NCBI GenBank assembly: GCA_963848295.1
Contig: CAWKDB010000002.1
Coordinates: 960,001-1,024,000 of the forward strand
DNA: 64,000 nt
Source of the DNA: an uncultured delta proteobacterium
GTDB lineage: Bacteria; Myxococcota_A; Polyangia; Haliangiales; Haliangiaceae
Reading direction: 5' to 3'
Below the pieces are notes generated by a model. That model did not search any database. It was given only the letters and a program-made list of their open reading frames with translations, and was not told where the DNA came from. Below, one piece after another: positions 21,584 to 36,434 of the stretch (positions are counted from its first letter, which is position 1; every line of letters starts with the position of its first letter). Position numbers and translations under genes: made by a program.

Positions 21584-22714
21584 GTGCGCGTCGCGCAGGT
21601 TGTATGGCTGAGCTCGCTGCTCGCGTCGTGCGGGCAGAGCGCGTCGCGAGCTCCCGCGATCAAGTTCCTGCACACGTTCGGCGCCGACGAGACCGAGCTG
21701 TTCAACGCGACGATGGCGGAGCGCGGCCTGCGGGTCGATTCGTCGCTCGTGCCGTTCGCGCGCGGCCAACAGGTCATCAGCGCGATCCTGACCGCGCGCG
21801 TGAATTGCCCGGACTTGATCCGGATCGACGCGACGTGGCTGCCCGGGCTCACCGCGGCGAATCTGCTGGCGCCGGTTCCCCCTGGCGTCGAGACCGGCGA
21901 TTGGCTGCCCGAGGCCGCCGCGCTCGTCGGCCCGGCGCCGTGGTACGCGCTGCCCGAAACCGTCGACGGCTTGCTGGTCGTTCGCGATGAGGCGGCGCCG
22001 GCGCCGGCGAGCTCGTCGATCGGCGACCTGATCGCGGCGGCGCACGCGGCGCAATACGCGGCACGCCGCTATCCGCTCGGCGTCCGCGTCGACGGTTATT
22101 GGTTTCTGCCGTGGCTGCGCGCCGAAGGTGACGAGCTCGTACTGTCACCGCGCAACGACGACGGCGCGACCCGCGCGCTCGCGAGCTTCGCGTCGGTGTT
22201 CGGCGACGTCGCCCGGCCCCCGCCACCCCAGGGTAGCGAGGCGCCGGACGAGCTCCGGCGCTGGACCGCGCACGATGTGGCGTACTGGGTGACCGGCCCG
22301 TGGCAGCTCGGCGCGCTTCGCGACCGCGACCGCATCGCGATCACGCCGCTCGCTCACGCGCCGCGCGGCGGCCAGCTGCTCGTCGTGCCGAGGTGCGCGC
22401 AGAACCCGAGCGATGGCTGGCGGCTCGCGACCGAGCTGACGTCGGTCGAGGTCGAGCGCGTGTTCGCCGATGCGTTCGCGACCGTGCCGACGCGCAAGGC
22501 CGCGCTCGACGCCGCGCCGCCGCTCGTCCACGCCGAATACGAAGCGCTGCGCTCCGCCGAGATGCTACCGCGCGAGCCGGTGACCCCGCTGCTGTTCGAC
22601 GATCTCAACCCCGCGCTCGCCGCGGTCGTCGCGGGGGACGCAACGCCGGCCGAAGCGATGCACGGCGTGCGCCGCGGCTGGCTCCGGCTCGCGACGCCGA
22701 CGGGATCGCGATGA
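21584..22714 (+). CDS. Extracellular solute-binding lipoprotein (family 1, sugar-type)
   Basis: Lipobox LASC; PDLIRIDATWLPGL, YALPETVDGL, VTGPW; ATGA overlap with the downstream kinase. Confidence 0.8.
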   Translation: MRVAQVVWLSSLLASCGQSASRAPAIKFLHTFGADETELFNATMAERGLRVDSSLVPFARGQQVISAILTARVNCPDLIRIDATWLPGLTAANLLAPVPPGVETGDWLPEAAALVGPAPWYALPETVDGLLVVRDEAAPAPASSSIGDLIAAAHAAQYAARRYPLGVRVDGYWFLPWLRAEGDELVLSPRNDDGATRALASFASVFGDVARPPPPQGSEAPDELRRWTAHDVAYWVTGPWQLGALRDRDRIAITPLAHAPRGGQLLVVPRCAQNPSDGWRLATELTSVEVERVFADAFATVPTRKAALDAAPPLVHAEYEALRSAEMLPREPVTPLLFDDLNPALAAVVAGDATPAEAMHGVRRGWLRLATPTGSR

Positions 22715-24473
22715 CCAGCTTGCGCTGGCGGGTGTTGATCGTGCTCGCGCTCGCGGTGCTCCTGCCGACCGTCGTCGTCGGCGCGCTCGCGATCGCGCGC
22801 GCTCGCAGCGACGTCGAGAGCGAAGTCCAGCGCGGCGCGCTCGCTCACATTCGCGCGCTCGGCGCGGCGCTCGACGCGACGTTGCAAGACGCGCGGCGCA
22901 CGGTCGAGCTCGCCGCCGCGGGTTGGGCCGACGCGCCCGACGACGCACGCGAGACCGCACTGTTGTTGCGCCGGTTGCGCCGCGAAGTGCCGATCGTCCA
23001 CTCGATCTCGATCCTCGATCCCGACGGCAAGCTGCTGTATGGCGATCCGGTGCCGGCCGATGTCGACATCGGCTCGCACAGCTTCGGCGGCTACATCGGC
23101 GACGCGGTGTTCGCGCCCGGTGGCCCGACCGTGCACCTCGTGGTTCAGGCGCGCGGCCGCACCGGCGAGCTGATCGGCGTCGTCGTCGCCTCGCTCGATC
23201 TCTCGTTCGTGCGCGATACGATCGTCGCGGCGCGGCTCGGGCCCGGCGCGAAGGTCATCGTCGTCGACGGCGCCGGCGTCCCGGTCGCGACGTCGGACAA
23301 CACGCCGATCGCGCAGCAATCGCTCGTCGGTCGCGATCCTGCCGTCGATCGCGCGCTCGCATCGTCGGTCGAGGGCACGCTGTCGGCGAACGGCTGGGTG
23401 AGCGCGTATCGCAACCTGTCGAGCTATCAGTCGCTGCGGGGCGTGCGCTGGGCGATCTTGCACGAGCAGCCCGAGGCCGAAGCCTACGCGCTCGCGCGCC
23501 GCACCACACGCGACACCGCGATCATCGGCGGCATCGCGCTCGCGCTCGCGCTCGCCGCCGGCGTGTGGTTCGCGACCCGGTTGACTCGACCGCTCGCCGC
23601 GCTCGCCCGCCGCGCCGATGCGATCGCCGCCGGCAACACGAGCGACACCGCCCCGATCGACGGCCCGGGAGAGATCGGCGTGCTCGCCCAGCGTCTCGAC
23701 GAGATGGGCAAGCGCGTCGCCGAGCGCGCCGAGCTCCAGACCGCGCTCGCCCGCGGCGACCGGCTCGCGTCGGTCGGCGTGATGTCGGCGCAGGTCGCGC
23801 ACGAGATCAACAACCCGCTGACCACGGTGCTCGGCTACGCGAAGTTGTTGCTCGAAGACGAACAGCGGCCGCGCGAACGCGAGGCGATCACGCTGATCGC
23901 CGATGAAGCGGAGCGGATGAAGAAGATCATCGGCGGCCTCCTCGAGTACGCGCGTGCGCCGCGGGCGAGCGAACCGGAGATCTCGACGACCGGCGCGGTC
24001 GGCTCGTCGGTGCCCGAGGCGGTGATTCGCCACGTCGCGCTGCTGGTCGGGCCGCAGCTGCGCAAAGCTCGCGCCGAGCTGACGACCGAGGTCGCGAGCA
24101 GCGCGGCGATCGCGATCGAGGCGCACGCGCTGCAACAAGTCTTGGTCAACCTGGTCCAGAACGCCGCCCAAGCCGGGGCGACCGCGATCGCGATCACGGT
24201 GAAGCCAGCGCCGGGTGCGATCTCGACCGTGATCACGGTCGGCGATGACGGCCCCGGCATCGCCGTCGCCGATCGCGCGCGGATCTTCGACCCGTTCTTC
24301 ACCACGAAAGCCGCGGGCACCGGGACCGGCCTCGGCCTCGCGGTGTGCAAGCACCTGATCGCGACCGCCGGTGGCTCGATCGAGGTCGGCGATGGTGCGA
24401 ACGGCCGGGGCGCCGAGTTTCGCGTATCGATTCCGAACGCCCAACCCTCGCGCTCCGTGCTACTCACCCCAGC

Positions 24474-24477
<4 letters not shown>
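22711..24477 (+). CDS. Sensor histidine kinase (Cache-like periplasmic domain, HAMP)
   Basis: Two TMs around a periplasmic domain; AHEINNPL, QVLVNLVQNA, DDGPGI, FFTTK, GTGLGL. Confidence 0.92.
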
Positions 24478-25826
<1,349 letters not shown>

Positions 25827-25829
25827 AAT

Positions 25830-26816
25830 TCAGCGCAGCTGAGCCAGCGCGTTCGCGAAGTCGGCCGGCAGTGGGGCCTCGAGCTCGATCCGCGCACCGG
25901 TGACCGGATGGTCGAACGCGAGCGTCACGGCGTGCAGCGCTTGGCGACCGAGCGCGCGATCAGCCGCGGCCACGCGATCGTCACGCGAGCGCTGGCCATA
26001 GACCGGATCGCCGATCAGCGGCCAGCCATGATCGGCGGCGTGCACGCGAATCTGATGGGTTCGCCCGGTCTCGAGCACGAGGCGGACGAGCGCCGCGGCG
26101 TGCAGCGGCTCGACGACCTCCCAGTGGGTCACCGCCGACTTGCCGGTCGCGACCTTCGACGAGAACTCCTTGCGGTTCACCGGGTGACGCCCGTAGAGCG
26201 TGCGCAGCGTGCCGCGCGCGCCCGGCGGTGGCGGCGACGCGATCGCGAGGTAGCTGCGCGCGAGCGTGCCCTCGCCCCGGCTCTTCGCCGCGAACGCCGC
26301 GGTCAGCGCCGCGTGGGCGCGATCGGACTTCGTCGCGATCATCACGCCGCTCGTGTCTTTGTCGAGCCGGTGCACGATGCCGGGCCGCAACACCCCTCCG
26401 ATGCCGGACAGATCGCGGCAGTGAAACAACAGTGCGTTGACGAGCGTGCCCGACGCGTGACCGGGCGCGGGGTGGACGACGAGCCCGGCAGGCTTGTCGA
26501 TCGCGATCACGTCCGCGTCTTCGAACAGGATCGTCAGCGGGATGTCCTCGGCGAGGACCTCGAGCGGCTCGGGTGCCGGCACGCGGACCGCGATCGCATC
26601 GCCCGCGCGCAGCCGCGCACCGGCCTTGGTAGCGACCACGCCACCGACCGTGACGAGCCCAGCCTCGATCAGCTTCTGGACCTGCGCGCGCGACAAGCCG
26701 GCGACCGAGGCCGCGATCACCGCGTCGAGCCGGCTCCCGATCTCGTCGCCGGCGACCTCTAGCGCGAAGCGTTGTTCGTCGGCTTCATCGTCGGGGTCGG
26801 CATCCTCCGGCGTCAC
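25830..26816 (-). CDS. rluD: RluA-family pseudouridine synthase with S4 domain (RluD-like)
   Basis: RLD...SRAQVQKLI S4 domain; KPAGLVVHP, HRLDKDTSG, ETGRTHQIRVH, GDPVYG. Confidence 0.9.
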   Translation of the reverse strand: MTPEDADPDDEADEQRFALEVAGDEIGSRLDAVIAASVAGLSRAQVQKLIEAGLVTVGGVVATKAGARLRAGDAIAVRVPAPEPLEVLAEDIPLTILFEDADVIAIDKPAGLVVHPAPGHASGTLVNALLFHCRDLSGIGGVLRPGIVHRLDKDTSGVMIATKSDRAHAALTAAFAAKSRGEGTLARSYLAIASPPPPGARGTLRTLYGRHPVNRKEFSSKVATGKSAVTHWEVVEPLHAAALVRLVLETGRTHQIRVHAADHGWPLIGDPVYGQRSRDDRVAAADRALGRQALHAVTLAFDHPVTGARIELEAPLPADFANALAQLR

Positions 26817-27079
26817 CAGATCTTCGACTTGACGTGCCCCTTCGACTTCACGAGCACGTCGACGATCGCGCGCTCGTAGATGTGCTGGCCGAAGATGTCC
26901 TCGGTGACGCGGCTCTTGAACAGCTCGCGACCTTCGTTGATCTCGTCGGCCATCACGTCGAACAGGTTGTCGTTGCCGATGCCCTCGAGGATTTTCGGCT
27001 CGTGATACAGGGTCAGGTCCGACGCGATCGCGCGCGCGAGCTGCCGTGCGCGCTTCGGGTTATCGATGAGGGTCGCCAT
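26813..27079 (-). CDS. Small hypothetical helical protein (88 aa)
   Basis: MATLIDNPKRARQLARAIASDLTLY...EGRELFKSRV...KSKIW; GTGA overlap with rluD. Confidence 0.8.
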   Translation of the reverse strand: MATLIDNPKRARQLARAIASDLTLYHEPKILEGIGNDNLFDVMADEINEGRELFKSRVTEDIFGQHIYERAIVDVLVKSKGHVKSKIW

Positions 27080-27111
27080 GACTCGATCGTGGGGCCGATG
27101 CGGCCTTGGGG

Positions 27112-28668
<1,557 letters not shown>

Positions 28669-28681
28669 CGCGAGCGGTCTA

Positions 28682-30043
28682 TCATGTAACGCCCGTGCGG
28701 GACACGACACTCGCGACGTAGCCGATGTCGCCCTCACCGAGCGTGCGCACGTCGAGCCAGACCCGACCGAGAGCGACGCGGGCGATGACCGGCACCGGGG
28801 CCGCGCGCAGCTCGCGATCGACGGCGTCCGCCGAAAGGCCGGCGAGCGTCACCGCGAACGAAGGGAGCTGCGCGGTCGGCATCGCGCCGCCGCCGACCGT
28901 CGACGTGTAAGGCTCGACCGCGACCGCGAGCCCGGGCACCGTGCCGATCAGCCCGGCGAGCCGCTCGGCGACCGCGCGCAACTCCGCGGCGGAGCGCGCG
29001 AGCATGCGCGCGACCGGCACGTCGGTGGCGCGACCGTCGCGATAGAGCGCGAGCGTCGCGGATAACCCGGCGAGCGTGAGCTTATCGGGGCGCAGCGCAC
29101 GCATCAGCGGATGCTCGCGCGCGGCGGCGATCGCGGTCGCCTTGCCGACGAGCAAGCCGGCCTGCGGCCCGCCGAGCAGCTTGTCGCCGGAGAACGCGAC
29201 GAGGTCGGCGCCCGACGCGACGGTCTCGGCGACGGTCGGCTCCTCGGGCAAGCCCCACGCGCGTTGCAGGTCGCGATCGACCAGCATGCCCGAGCCGAGA
29301 TCGACCATCGTCGGCAAGCCGTGCGCCCGCCCGAGCTCGACGACCTCGGCGCAGCCGACCTCGGCGGTGAAGCCGACGATCGCGAAGTTCGACCGGTGGA
29401 CCTTGAGCAACAGGCCCGTGGCCGGGCCGATCGCGCGCGCGTAGTCCGACAGCCGCGTCTTGTTCGTGGTGCCGACCTCGACGAGCGTGCCGCGCGACAA
29501 CGCGAGGATCTCGGGCAGCCGAAACGAGCCGCCGATCTCGATCAGCTCGCCGCGCGACACGATGACCTGTTTGTCGGTCGCGAGCGCCGCGAGACCTAGC
29601 ACCATCGCCGCCGCGTTGTTGTTGACGACGATCGCCGCCTCGGCGCCGGTCAGCGCGCACAGCACCTCGCGGAGGTGATCGTGGCGCGAACCGCGTTCGC
29701 CGCGCTCGAGATCGTACTCGAGGTTCGCGTAGCCAGCTCCGACGTCGTCGATCGCAGCGCGGGCGGCGTCGGCGAGCGGCGCGCGCCCGAGGTTCGTGTG
29801 AAGCACGACGCCGGTCGCGTTGATCACGCGGCGCGGCGTCGGGCGGGCGAGCGTGGCGGCGAACGCGGCGACGTGGGCGGCGGCCACCGTCGCGTCACGG
29901 CCGGCGAGGATCGACTCGCGTGCGGTCGCGATCGTACGCCGCGCCGCTTCGATCAACGCCCAGCGCGGAGCCGGCGCGAGCGCGGCGGCCTCGTCGGCGA
30001 GCGCGTGGACCGCAGGGAGCTGCGCGAGCCTTGGGTCTGCCAC
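28682..30043 (-). CDS. selA: L-seryl-tRNA(Sec) selenium transferase
   Basis: VINATGVVLHTNLGRAPL, NLEYDL, VNNNAAA, SRGELIEIGGSFRLP, FSGDKLLGGPQAG. Confidence 0.96.
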   Translation of the reverse strand: MADPRLAQLPAVHALADEAAALAPAPRWALIEAARRTIATARESILAGRDATVAAAHVAAFAATLARPTPRRVINATGVVLHTNLGRAPLADAARAAIDDVGAGYANLEYDLERGERGSRHDHLREVLCALTGAEAAIVVNNNAAAMVLGLAALATDKQVIVSRGELIEIGGSFRLPEILALSRGTLVEVGTTNKTRLSDYARAIGPATGLLLKVHRSNFAIVGFTAEVGCAEVVELGRAHGLPTMVDLGSGMLVDRDLQRAWGLPEEPTVAETVASGADLVAFSGDKLLGGPQAGLLVGKATAIAAAREHPLMRALRPDKLTLAGLSATLALYRDGRATDVPVARMLARSAAELRAVAERLAGLIGTVPGLAVAVEPYTSTVGGGAMPTAQLPSFAVTLAGLSADAVDRELRAAPVPVIARVALGRVWLDVRTLGEGDIGYVASVVSRTGVT

Positions 30044-30081
30044 GGACGGAAAGCTACCAGATCCGGGATCGTGGTCGTGGA

Positions 30082-30109
30082 CGTGCACGTGCCACCTGGC
30101 ATGTGCACG
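30082..30109. other. Strong intergenic hairpin (terminator- or REP-like)
   Basis: CGTGCACGTGCCA-CC-TGGCATGTGCACG, 8 nt past the stop of the upstream lipoprotein gene; no U-tract. Confidence 0.45.
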
Positions 30110-30116
30110 ATCCGAG

Positions 30117-30938
30117 TCACTCGATCACGATCTGATCCGCCGCGAGCCGAAAGATCAGGAACGCCTTGAACGAGTTCACGCCGGTCGCGCGGAACGGATC
30201 CGTGATCGTCGCGACCTCGGGGTCGTACCACATCCACCTCGCATCGCTGCGCACGCCATCGCTCGTCGTCGTCTGCTGGCACACGAGCTGGAAGTCGCCG
30301 CCCGGGTCGCTGTTGTCCTCACCGACGGCGAGCTTGCCGAGCGCGCCCGGCGTCGTGGCGCCTGCGCTGTTGACCCACCCCATCGACGTCGTCGTCGGGT
30401 CGCCGGTGGCGGCGTCGCAGATCGCGATCTGCGCGTTCAGCGTCGCCTGATCGGGACCGGTGTCTTCGTTCGGGCCGGTCGAATAGTCGATGCCGGTCGC
30501 GCACACCTCGAACTTCGCGTCGCCGGTCAACACGGTGCCCGAGTCGCGCGTGAACTGGCCGATCACGCCTTGCGTGACCTCGAGGTCATCCCACGACGCG
30601 ATGTAGAGATACGCCCCCGTCGGCGCGGCGGCGGCCGGGATGTCGTAGGCCTCGGGCCCGACGCCGACCGGGCAGTTGAAGATATCGCCGGCGGTGTGAG
30701 CGCGCGTGCCCTGGGTGAAGCTCGTCACGCCGTTGATATCGCCGTAGCCGAAGCTGTACGCGTTATCGGCGGTGATCACGACGTGGACCGGGCCGCTCGC
30801 GGCCGGCGCGTCGACCGTGACCTGGCTGCCGGTATCGAGCTGCGCCGCCACGTCGATGCCGGCACCCGCGTCTACGTGATCGCGCGCCGACGGGCCACAC
30901 GCCGCGAATATCGCGACGACGAACAGACGATTCCCCAT
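30117..30938 (-). CDS. Hypothetical secreted lipoprotein
   Basis: Lipobox FAAC, DAG linker, acidic beta-rich body with four further Cys. Confidence 0.75.
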   Translation of the reverse strand: MGNRLFVVAIFAACGPSARDHVDAGAGIDVAAQLDTGSQVTVDAPAASGPVHVVITADNAYSFGYGDINGVTSFTQGTRAHTAGDIFNCPVGVGPEAYDIPAAAAPTGAYLYIASWDDLEVTQGVIGQFTRDSGTVLTGDAKFEVCATGIDYSTGPNEDTGPDQATLNAQIAICDAATGDPTTTSMGWVNSAGATTPGALGKLAVGEDNSDPGGDFQLVCQQTTTSDGVRSDARWMWYDPEVATITDPFRATGVNSFKAFLIFRLAADQIVIE

Positions 30939-31021
30939 GATGAGGGCGTAACACCCGCGGCCGCGCGCCTGACCAAATACGATCGGACACGCGACGCCCC
31001 CGGCTGGCGTAGACTGACGGC

Positions 31022-33397
31022 GTGGACGTTCAAGCGGTCTCCACGCTCCTCGCTGCCCTGCTGATCCTCGCGATCGGCACGTCGGTGTTGCTGCGCTCGC
31101 GCAAGGACCGGATGTACACCGCGTTCGCCGCGTTCACGTTCACCGTCTCGGCGTGGCACCTGTGCTCGTTCATCGACGCCGCGACCGACCGCCCGATCAT
31201 GCGGTGGCTCTCGCTGTGGGCCGCCGCGACGATCCCTCCGACCGCGATCCGGTTCTTCCGGATCTTCCTGGCCCAGCCTTCGATCGGCGGGCCGAAGCGC
31301 GGGCCGCGCGTCACCCTCGCGTGGACGCTGCTCGCCTACGCGGCGCTGATCTACTCGGCGATCACGCAGCAGCGGATCCACGAGTCGATCTACTTCGAGG
31401 TGCCGTTCGGCATCTACGTGTTCGGCGGGCTGTACCGCTGCGTCTGGGATCTCTACAAGCAATACCGGGCGACCGCGAAGCAGAGCGAGCGCACCCGCGT
31501 CGGCTACCTCGCGCTCGGCGGGTTCATCGCGACGACGTTGACCGCGACCGACGTGCTGCCGCGGTTCGGGGTCGCGTGGCCGGCGATCGGCAACGTGTTC
31601 GGCATCCTCTACCTGTACTTCTTGTCGCAGACGCTGTTTCGCAACCGCCTGCTCGATCTCAACGAGCTCGTCGGCAAGATGGCGGTGCTCGGTACGCTCG
31701 TCGCGCTGCTATCGGCGGTCTATGCGTTCTTGCAGTATTGGATCCCGGGCGGCCAACAGGGCCTGTACTTGCTCAACGCGCTCGTCGCCGCGTTCGTGAT
31801 CCTGATCCTGTTCGAGCCCGTCCGCAGCTGGCTCGAGAACAGCATCAACCGCTGGCTCAATCGCCAGCGCGCCGAGCTGCGCGGCCGGATCGAGGCGGTG
31901 CGGCGCGAGCTGCCCGGCGTCGTCGACGTCCAGGACATGGTCCAGCGGATCACGACCGCGCTCGAGGAGAGTCGGCGCGTCACCGATGCCGGCGTGTACT
32001 TGCTCGACGGCGACGGCGCCGGCTTCGATCGCGCCGGCTTCCTCGGCGAGGCGCCGCCCGAGCGCCTCGATGCAAACGGCGAGCGCGCGCTGCTCGACCG
32101 CGTGCGCGCCCAGGGCTTGCTCGAACGCGACCAGATCCAGCGCGAGCTCGACGAGCTCGGCCAAGCCGCCGATACCGAGCCGCGCCGCACGCCGCTCGTC
32201 GCGTTGCTCGGTCGGTTCGACGAGCTGCGCGCGGCGTTGATCTTCCCGCTGTTCGGCTCGGCCGAGACCGAGCTCGGGCCGTGGTTGCTCGGCCTATTCT
32301 GCGTGCGCGACGATCGGATGCAGAGCGCGTTCGACGCGGACGACCTCGACACGTTTCGCCAGCTCGCGATCGGCGCCGCGCGCGTGATCGAATCGAGCCA
32401 AGCATACGAGCGAGTCAAGGAGCGCGATCGGCTCGCCGCGCTCGGCGAGATGGCGGCGGGTCTCGCGCACGAGATTCGCAACCCGCTCGGGGCGATCAAG
32501 GGTGCCGCGCAGTTGCTGATCACCGCGGACGGCGCGACCGCCGCTGCTCCGCCCGCCGCCGAGACCGCAGAGTTCTTGCACATCATCGTCGAGGAGGCGA
32601 ACCGGCTGAACAACGTCGTGACCCGGTTCCTCGACTACGCACGCGCCGAACGCCCGGGCCGCGAAGGCGCCGACAAGGTCGACCTCAACGCGGTCGTGCG
32701 CAAGACGCTGCAGCTGTTGCAACAAGAGCCCCTCAAGAACGTCGAGGTCCGGATGCGGCTCGATGACCAGCTCCCGCCCGCCGCCGGCGATCCCGAGTCG
32801 CTGCTCCAGGTGTTCTTGAACCTCGGCCAGAACGCGCTGCAGGCGATGCCCGATGGCGGCACGCTCGAAGTGCTGACCACGCGGCGCCGGCGCTCGCGCC
32901 TGGGCTACGGCCAGTTCTGCGAGATCCGGTTTCGCGACACCGGCATCGGCATCCCGCGCGATCGGCTCAAGAAGCTGTTCATCCCATTCTACACGACGAA
33001 GCAAAAGGGCACCGGCCTCGGGCTCGCGATCAGCCACCGGATCGTCAACCAGCACGCCGGCACGATCGAGGTGCGCTCGACGATCGGCCAGGGCTCGACG
33101 TTCTCGGTGTTCTTGCCCGCCGCCGAGCAAGTGCCGGCGAGCAAGGTCGAGGACATCACCGAGACCGGCCGGCTGACCTCGCTCGCGGCGCTCGCCGCCG
33201 ACCGCGATCCCGCCGCGGTCGGCACGAACGGCGAGGCGGTCGAGACGTTCGAGCCGGAGTCGCCCGGGATGCGCACCGGCGAGTCGACGGTGCGGGGTTC
33301 CCCCGCGCCGGCAGCGGCGCCGAATGGCGACGCGGTTGGATCGCCGCGCGAGCCCGCGACGCCGCCCGGGCCCGTCGCCAAGCCGAGTGCGGTATAG
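31022..33397 (+). CDS. Multi-TM sensor histidine kinase with GAF-like domain
   Basis: About 9 hydrophobic segments; [38 protein letters not shown]. Confidence 0.93.
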   Translation: MDVQAVSTLLAALLILAIGTSVLLRSRKDRMYTAFAAFTFTVSAWHLCSFIDAATDRPIMRWLSLWAAATIPPTAIRFFRIFLAQPSIGGPKRGPRVTLAWTLLAYAALIYSAITQQRIHESIYFEVPFGIYVFGGLYRCVWDLYKQYRATAKQSERTRVGYLALGGFIATTLTATDVLPRFGVAWPAIGNVFGILYLYFLSQTLFRNRLLDLNELVGKMAVLGTLVALLSAVYAFLQYWIPGGQQGLYLLNALVAAFVILILFEPVRSWLENSINRWLNRQRAELRGRIEAVRRELPGVVDVQDMVQRITTALEESRRVTDAGVYLLDGDGAGFDRAGFLGEAPPERLDANGERALLDRVRAQGLLERDQIQRELDELGQAADTEPRRTPLVALLGRFDELRAALIFPLFGSAETELGPWLLGLFCVRDDRMQSAFDADDLDTFRQLAIGAARVIESSQAYERVKERDRLAALGEMAAGLAHEIRNPLGAIKGAAQLLITADGATAAAPPAAETAEFLHIIVEEANRLNNVVTRFLDYARAERPGREGADKVDLNAVVRKTLQLLQQEPLKNVEVRMRLDDQLPPAAGDPESLLQVFLNLGQNALQAMPDGGTLEVLTTRRRRSRLGYGQFCEIRFRDTGIGIPRDRLKKLFIPFYTTKQKGTGLGLAISHRIVNQHAGTIEVRSTIGQGSTFSVFLPAAEQVPASKVEDITETGRLTSLAALAADRDPAAVGTNGEAVETFEPESPGMRTGESTVRGSPAPAAAPNGDAVGSPREPATPPGPVAKPSAV

Positions 33398-33413
33398 AGT
33401 CGTCACGGCCTAG

Positions 33414-34871
<1,458 letters not shown>

Positions 34872-34882
34872 GGACGATCGAT

Positions 34883-35007
34883 GGCCGGGACCTGTGCCCG
34901 GCCAGCAGCGCTGCCGCATGGCAGCGCGGTTGGATCGATTCGATCGGCCGTCCGGCGCAGCAAGGATGGCCGAATCCTTAGTCCGAAGGCCCTCCGGTAC
35001 GGAGGCC
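34883..35007 (+). repeat. Composite structured repeat (module A 34883-34937, module B 34941-35007)
   Basis: Module A is 45/55 identical to the reverse complement of 42310-42364; module B matches the reverse complement of 6092-6158. Confidence 0.85.
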
Positions 35008-35018
35008 TGACGACGAAC

Positions 35019-36320
35019 ATGTTAGGCTCGGCGGCGGTGCTCCGTCGCATCGCCTTCGCTTCGATCTCGTTCGGCGCCATCGCGAGCGCGCGGGCGAACC
35101 CCGCCGGCAGCGTGCCGACCGCGGGCGGTGTGTTCGCGACGATCGACTACCAGTACGAGCAAGACAGCTCGACGATCACGCGCGAGTACCTCGACGCCGG
35201 CACCGATCCGGTCGCGCCGCTGCCGACGCACCGCGACCTCTCGTTCCACGAGTACAAGCACACGATCACGCCGAAGGTCGACGTCGGGATCTTGCCCGGC
35301 GTGTGGCTGTCCGCGGAGCTGCCGATCGTCATCAACCAGACCCGCGAGCTCCGCCTCGGCACCGATGTCGGCCGCGACACCTCGCCGACCGTCGCCGGGG
35401 GCCTCCTGACCACGGGCGGCTTCGACGCGCGCGATCCGAGCACCGCGACGACCGGCGACCTGATGTTCCGCGGCCCCGATCGCCACGGCATCGATCAGGT
35501 CTCGTTCGGGTTCGGCGTGGCACCGATGAGCCAGGCCGACGACGACACGAAGCCGACGTGGAAGATGGGCGCGGACTTCAAGCTCGCGGTCGGCAAGGTC
35601 ATGCGCTTCGATCGGATGGATCCGAGCAGCTCCACCGGCGTCGGCTCCGGCGTCCACGAGCTCAAGCTCTGGACCTCGTTCGATCGCAAGCTCGGCTGGG
35701 CCGAGCCGTGGGCGCAGTTCTTTTGGCAAGTCCCGGTCGGGGTCAACGGCGCATCGCTGTTCCAGAACCCGGGGTTCGGTGCCGACAACGTCCAGAAAGG
35801 CCAGCAGGCCGGCGCGTCGTTTGGCCTCGAGGCCTACGCGATCGATGACGGCGACCGCAACAAGGTCAGCCTCGAGCTGTCGACTCGCGTCGTCGCGCAC
35901 TTCGAGGGTCGCGACTACAGCGAGATGTGGGAGGTGTTCGCCTACGCCGGTGACGCCAACGTCTCTGGCAATCCGCTCGTGCTCGACTCGGACCCGACGA
36001 CCGCGGGAGTCCAGGCGCTGAGCCACCCGGGCATCACGAACATCGAGAACTACATCGAGACCGCCGCTCGAATCGCGCTACGCGCGCAGCTCGGACCGCA
36101 CGTCAGGTTCGCCGCGCTCGGCGACCTCGTGTGGAAGTCGGACCACATCATCACGTTTGCCGACGCCGGCGTCGACCGCAACGGGGACGATCTCATCAAC
36201 GCGGGCACCGCCGAGGTCAACCCGCTGCACTCTGACGTGATCGACATGGTCGGCTACCGCTACCACTCGATCGAGAACCTCGGCTTCATCATCGGCATCC
36301 AGGGCGAAGTCCTGTTCTAG
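35019..36320 (+). CDS. Hypothetical outer-membrane beta-barrel protein
   Basis: Signal peptide ending ARA; alternating-polarity strands; C-terminal GIQGEVLF; start may instead be GTG 35037. Confidence 0.65.
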   Translation: MLGSAAVLRRIAFASISFGAIASARANPAGSVPTAGGVFATIDYQYEQDSSTITREYLDAGTDPVAPLPTHRDLSFHEYKHTITPKVDVGILPGVWLSAELPIVINQTRELRLGTDVGRDTSPTVAGGLLTTGGFDARDPSTATTGDLMFRGPDRHGIDQVSFGFGVAPMSQADDDTKPTWKMGADFKLAVGKVMRFDRMDPSSSTGVGSGVHELKLWTSFDRKLGWAEPWAQFFWQVPVGVNGASLFQNPGFGADNVQKGQQAGASFGLEAYAIDDGDRNKVSLELSTRVVAHFEGRDYSEMWEVFAYAGDANVSGNPLVLDSDPTTAGVQALSHPGITNIENYIETAARIALRAQLGPHVRFAALGDLVWKSDHIITFADAGVDRNGDDLINAGTAEVNPLHSDVIDMVGYRYHSIENLGFIIGIQGEVLF

Positions 36321-36434
36321 AGCGCCCCATCCGCTAAGGACTTCAATAGGCAGTTCTAGGGTCGGCGGCCAGAATTGGCCGTACCACACAAATTCGTAGG
36401 GCGGTCCGCGCGAAGCTGAGCGGCTTGCGTTACG

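Noticed and set aside
30044..30116. His/Asp-rich N-terminal extension of SelA, or tRNA-Sec next to selA
   Set aside because: The region is a hairpin-containing spacer; a -10 hexamer supports GTG 30043; no cloverleaf with a TCA anticodon
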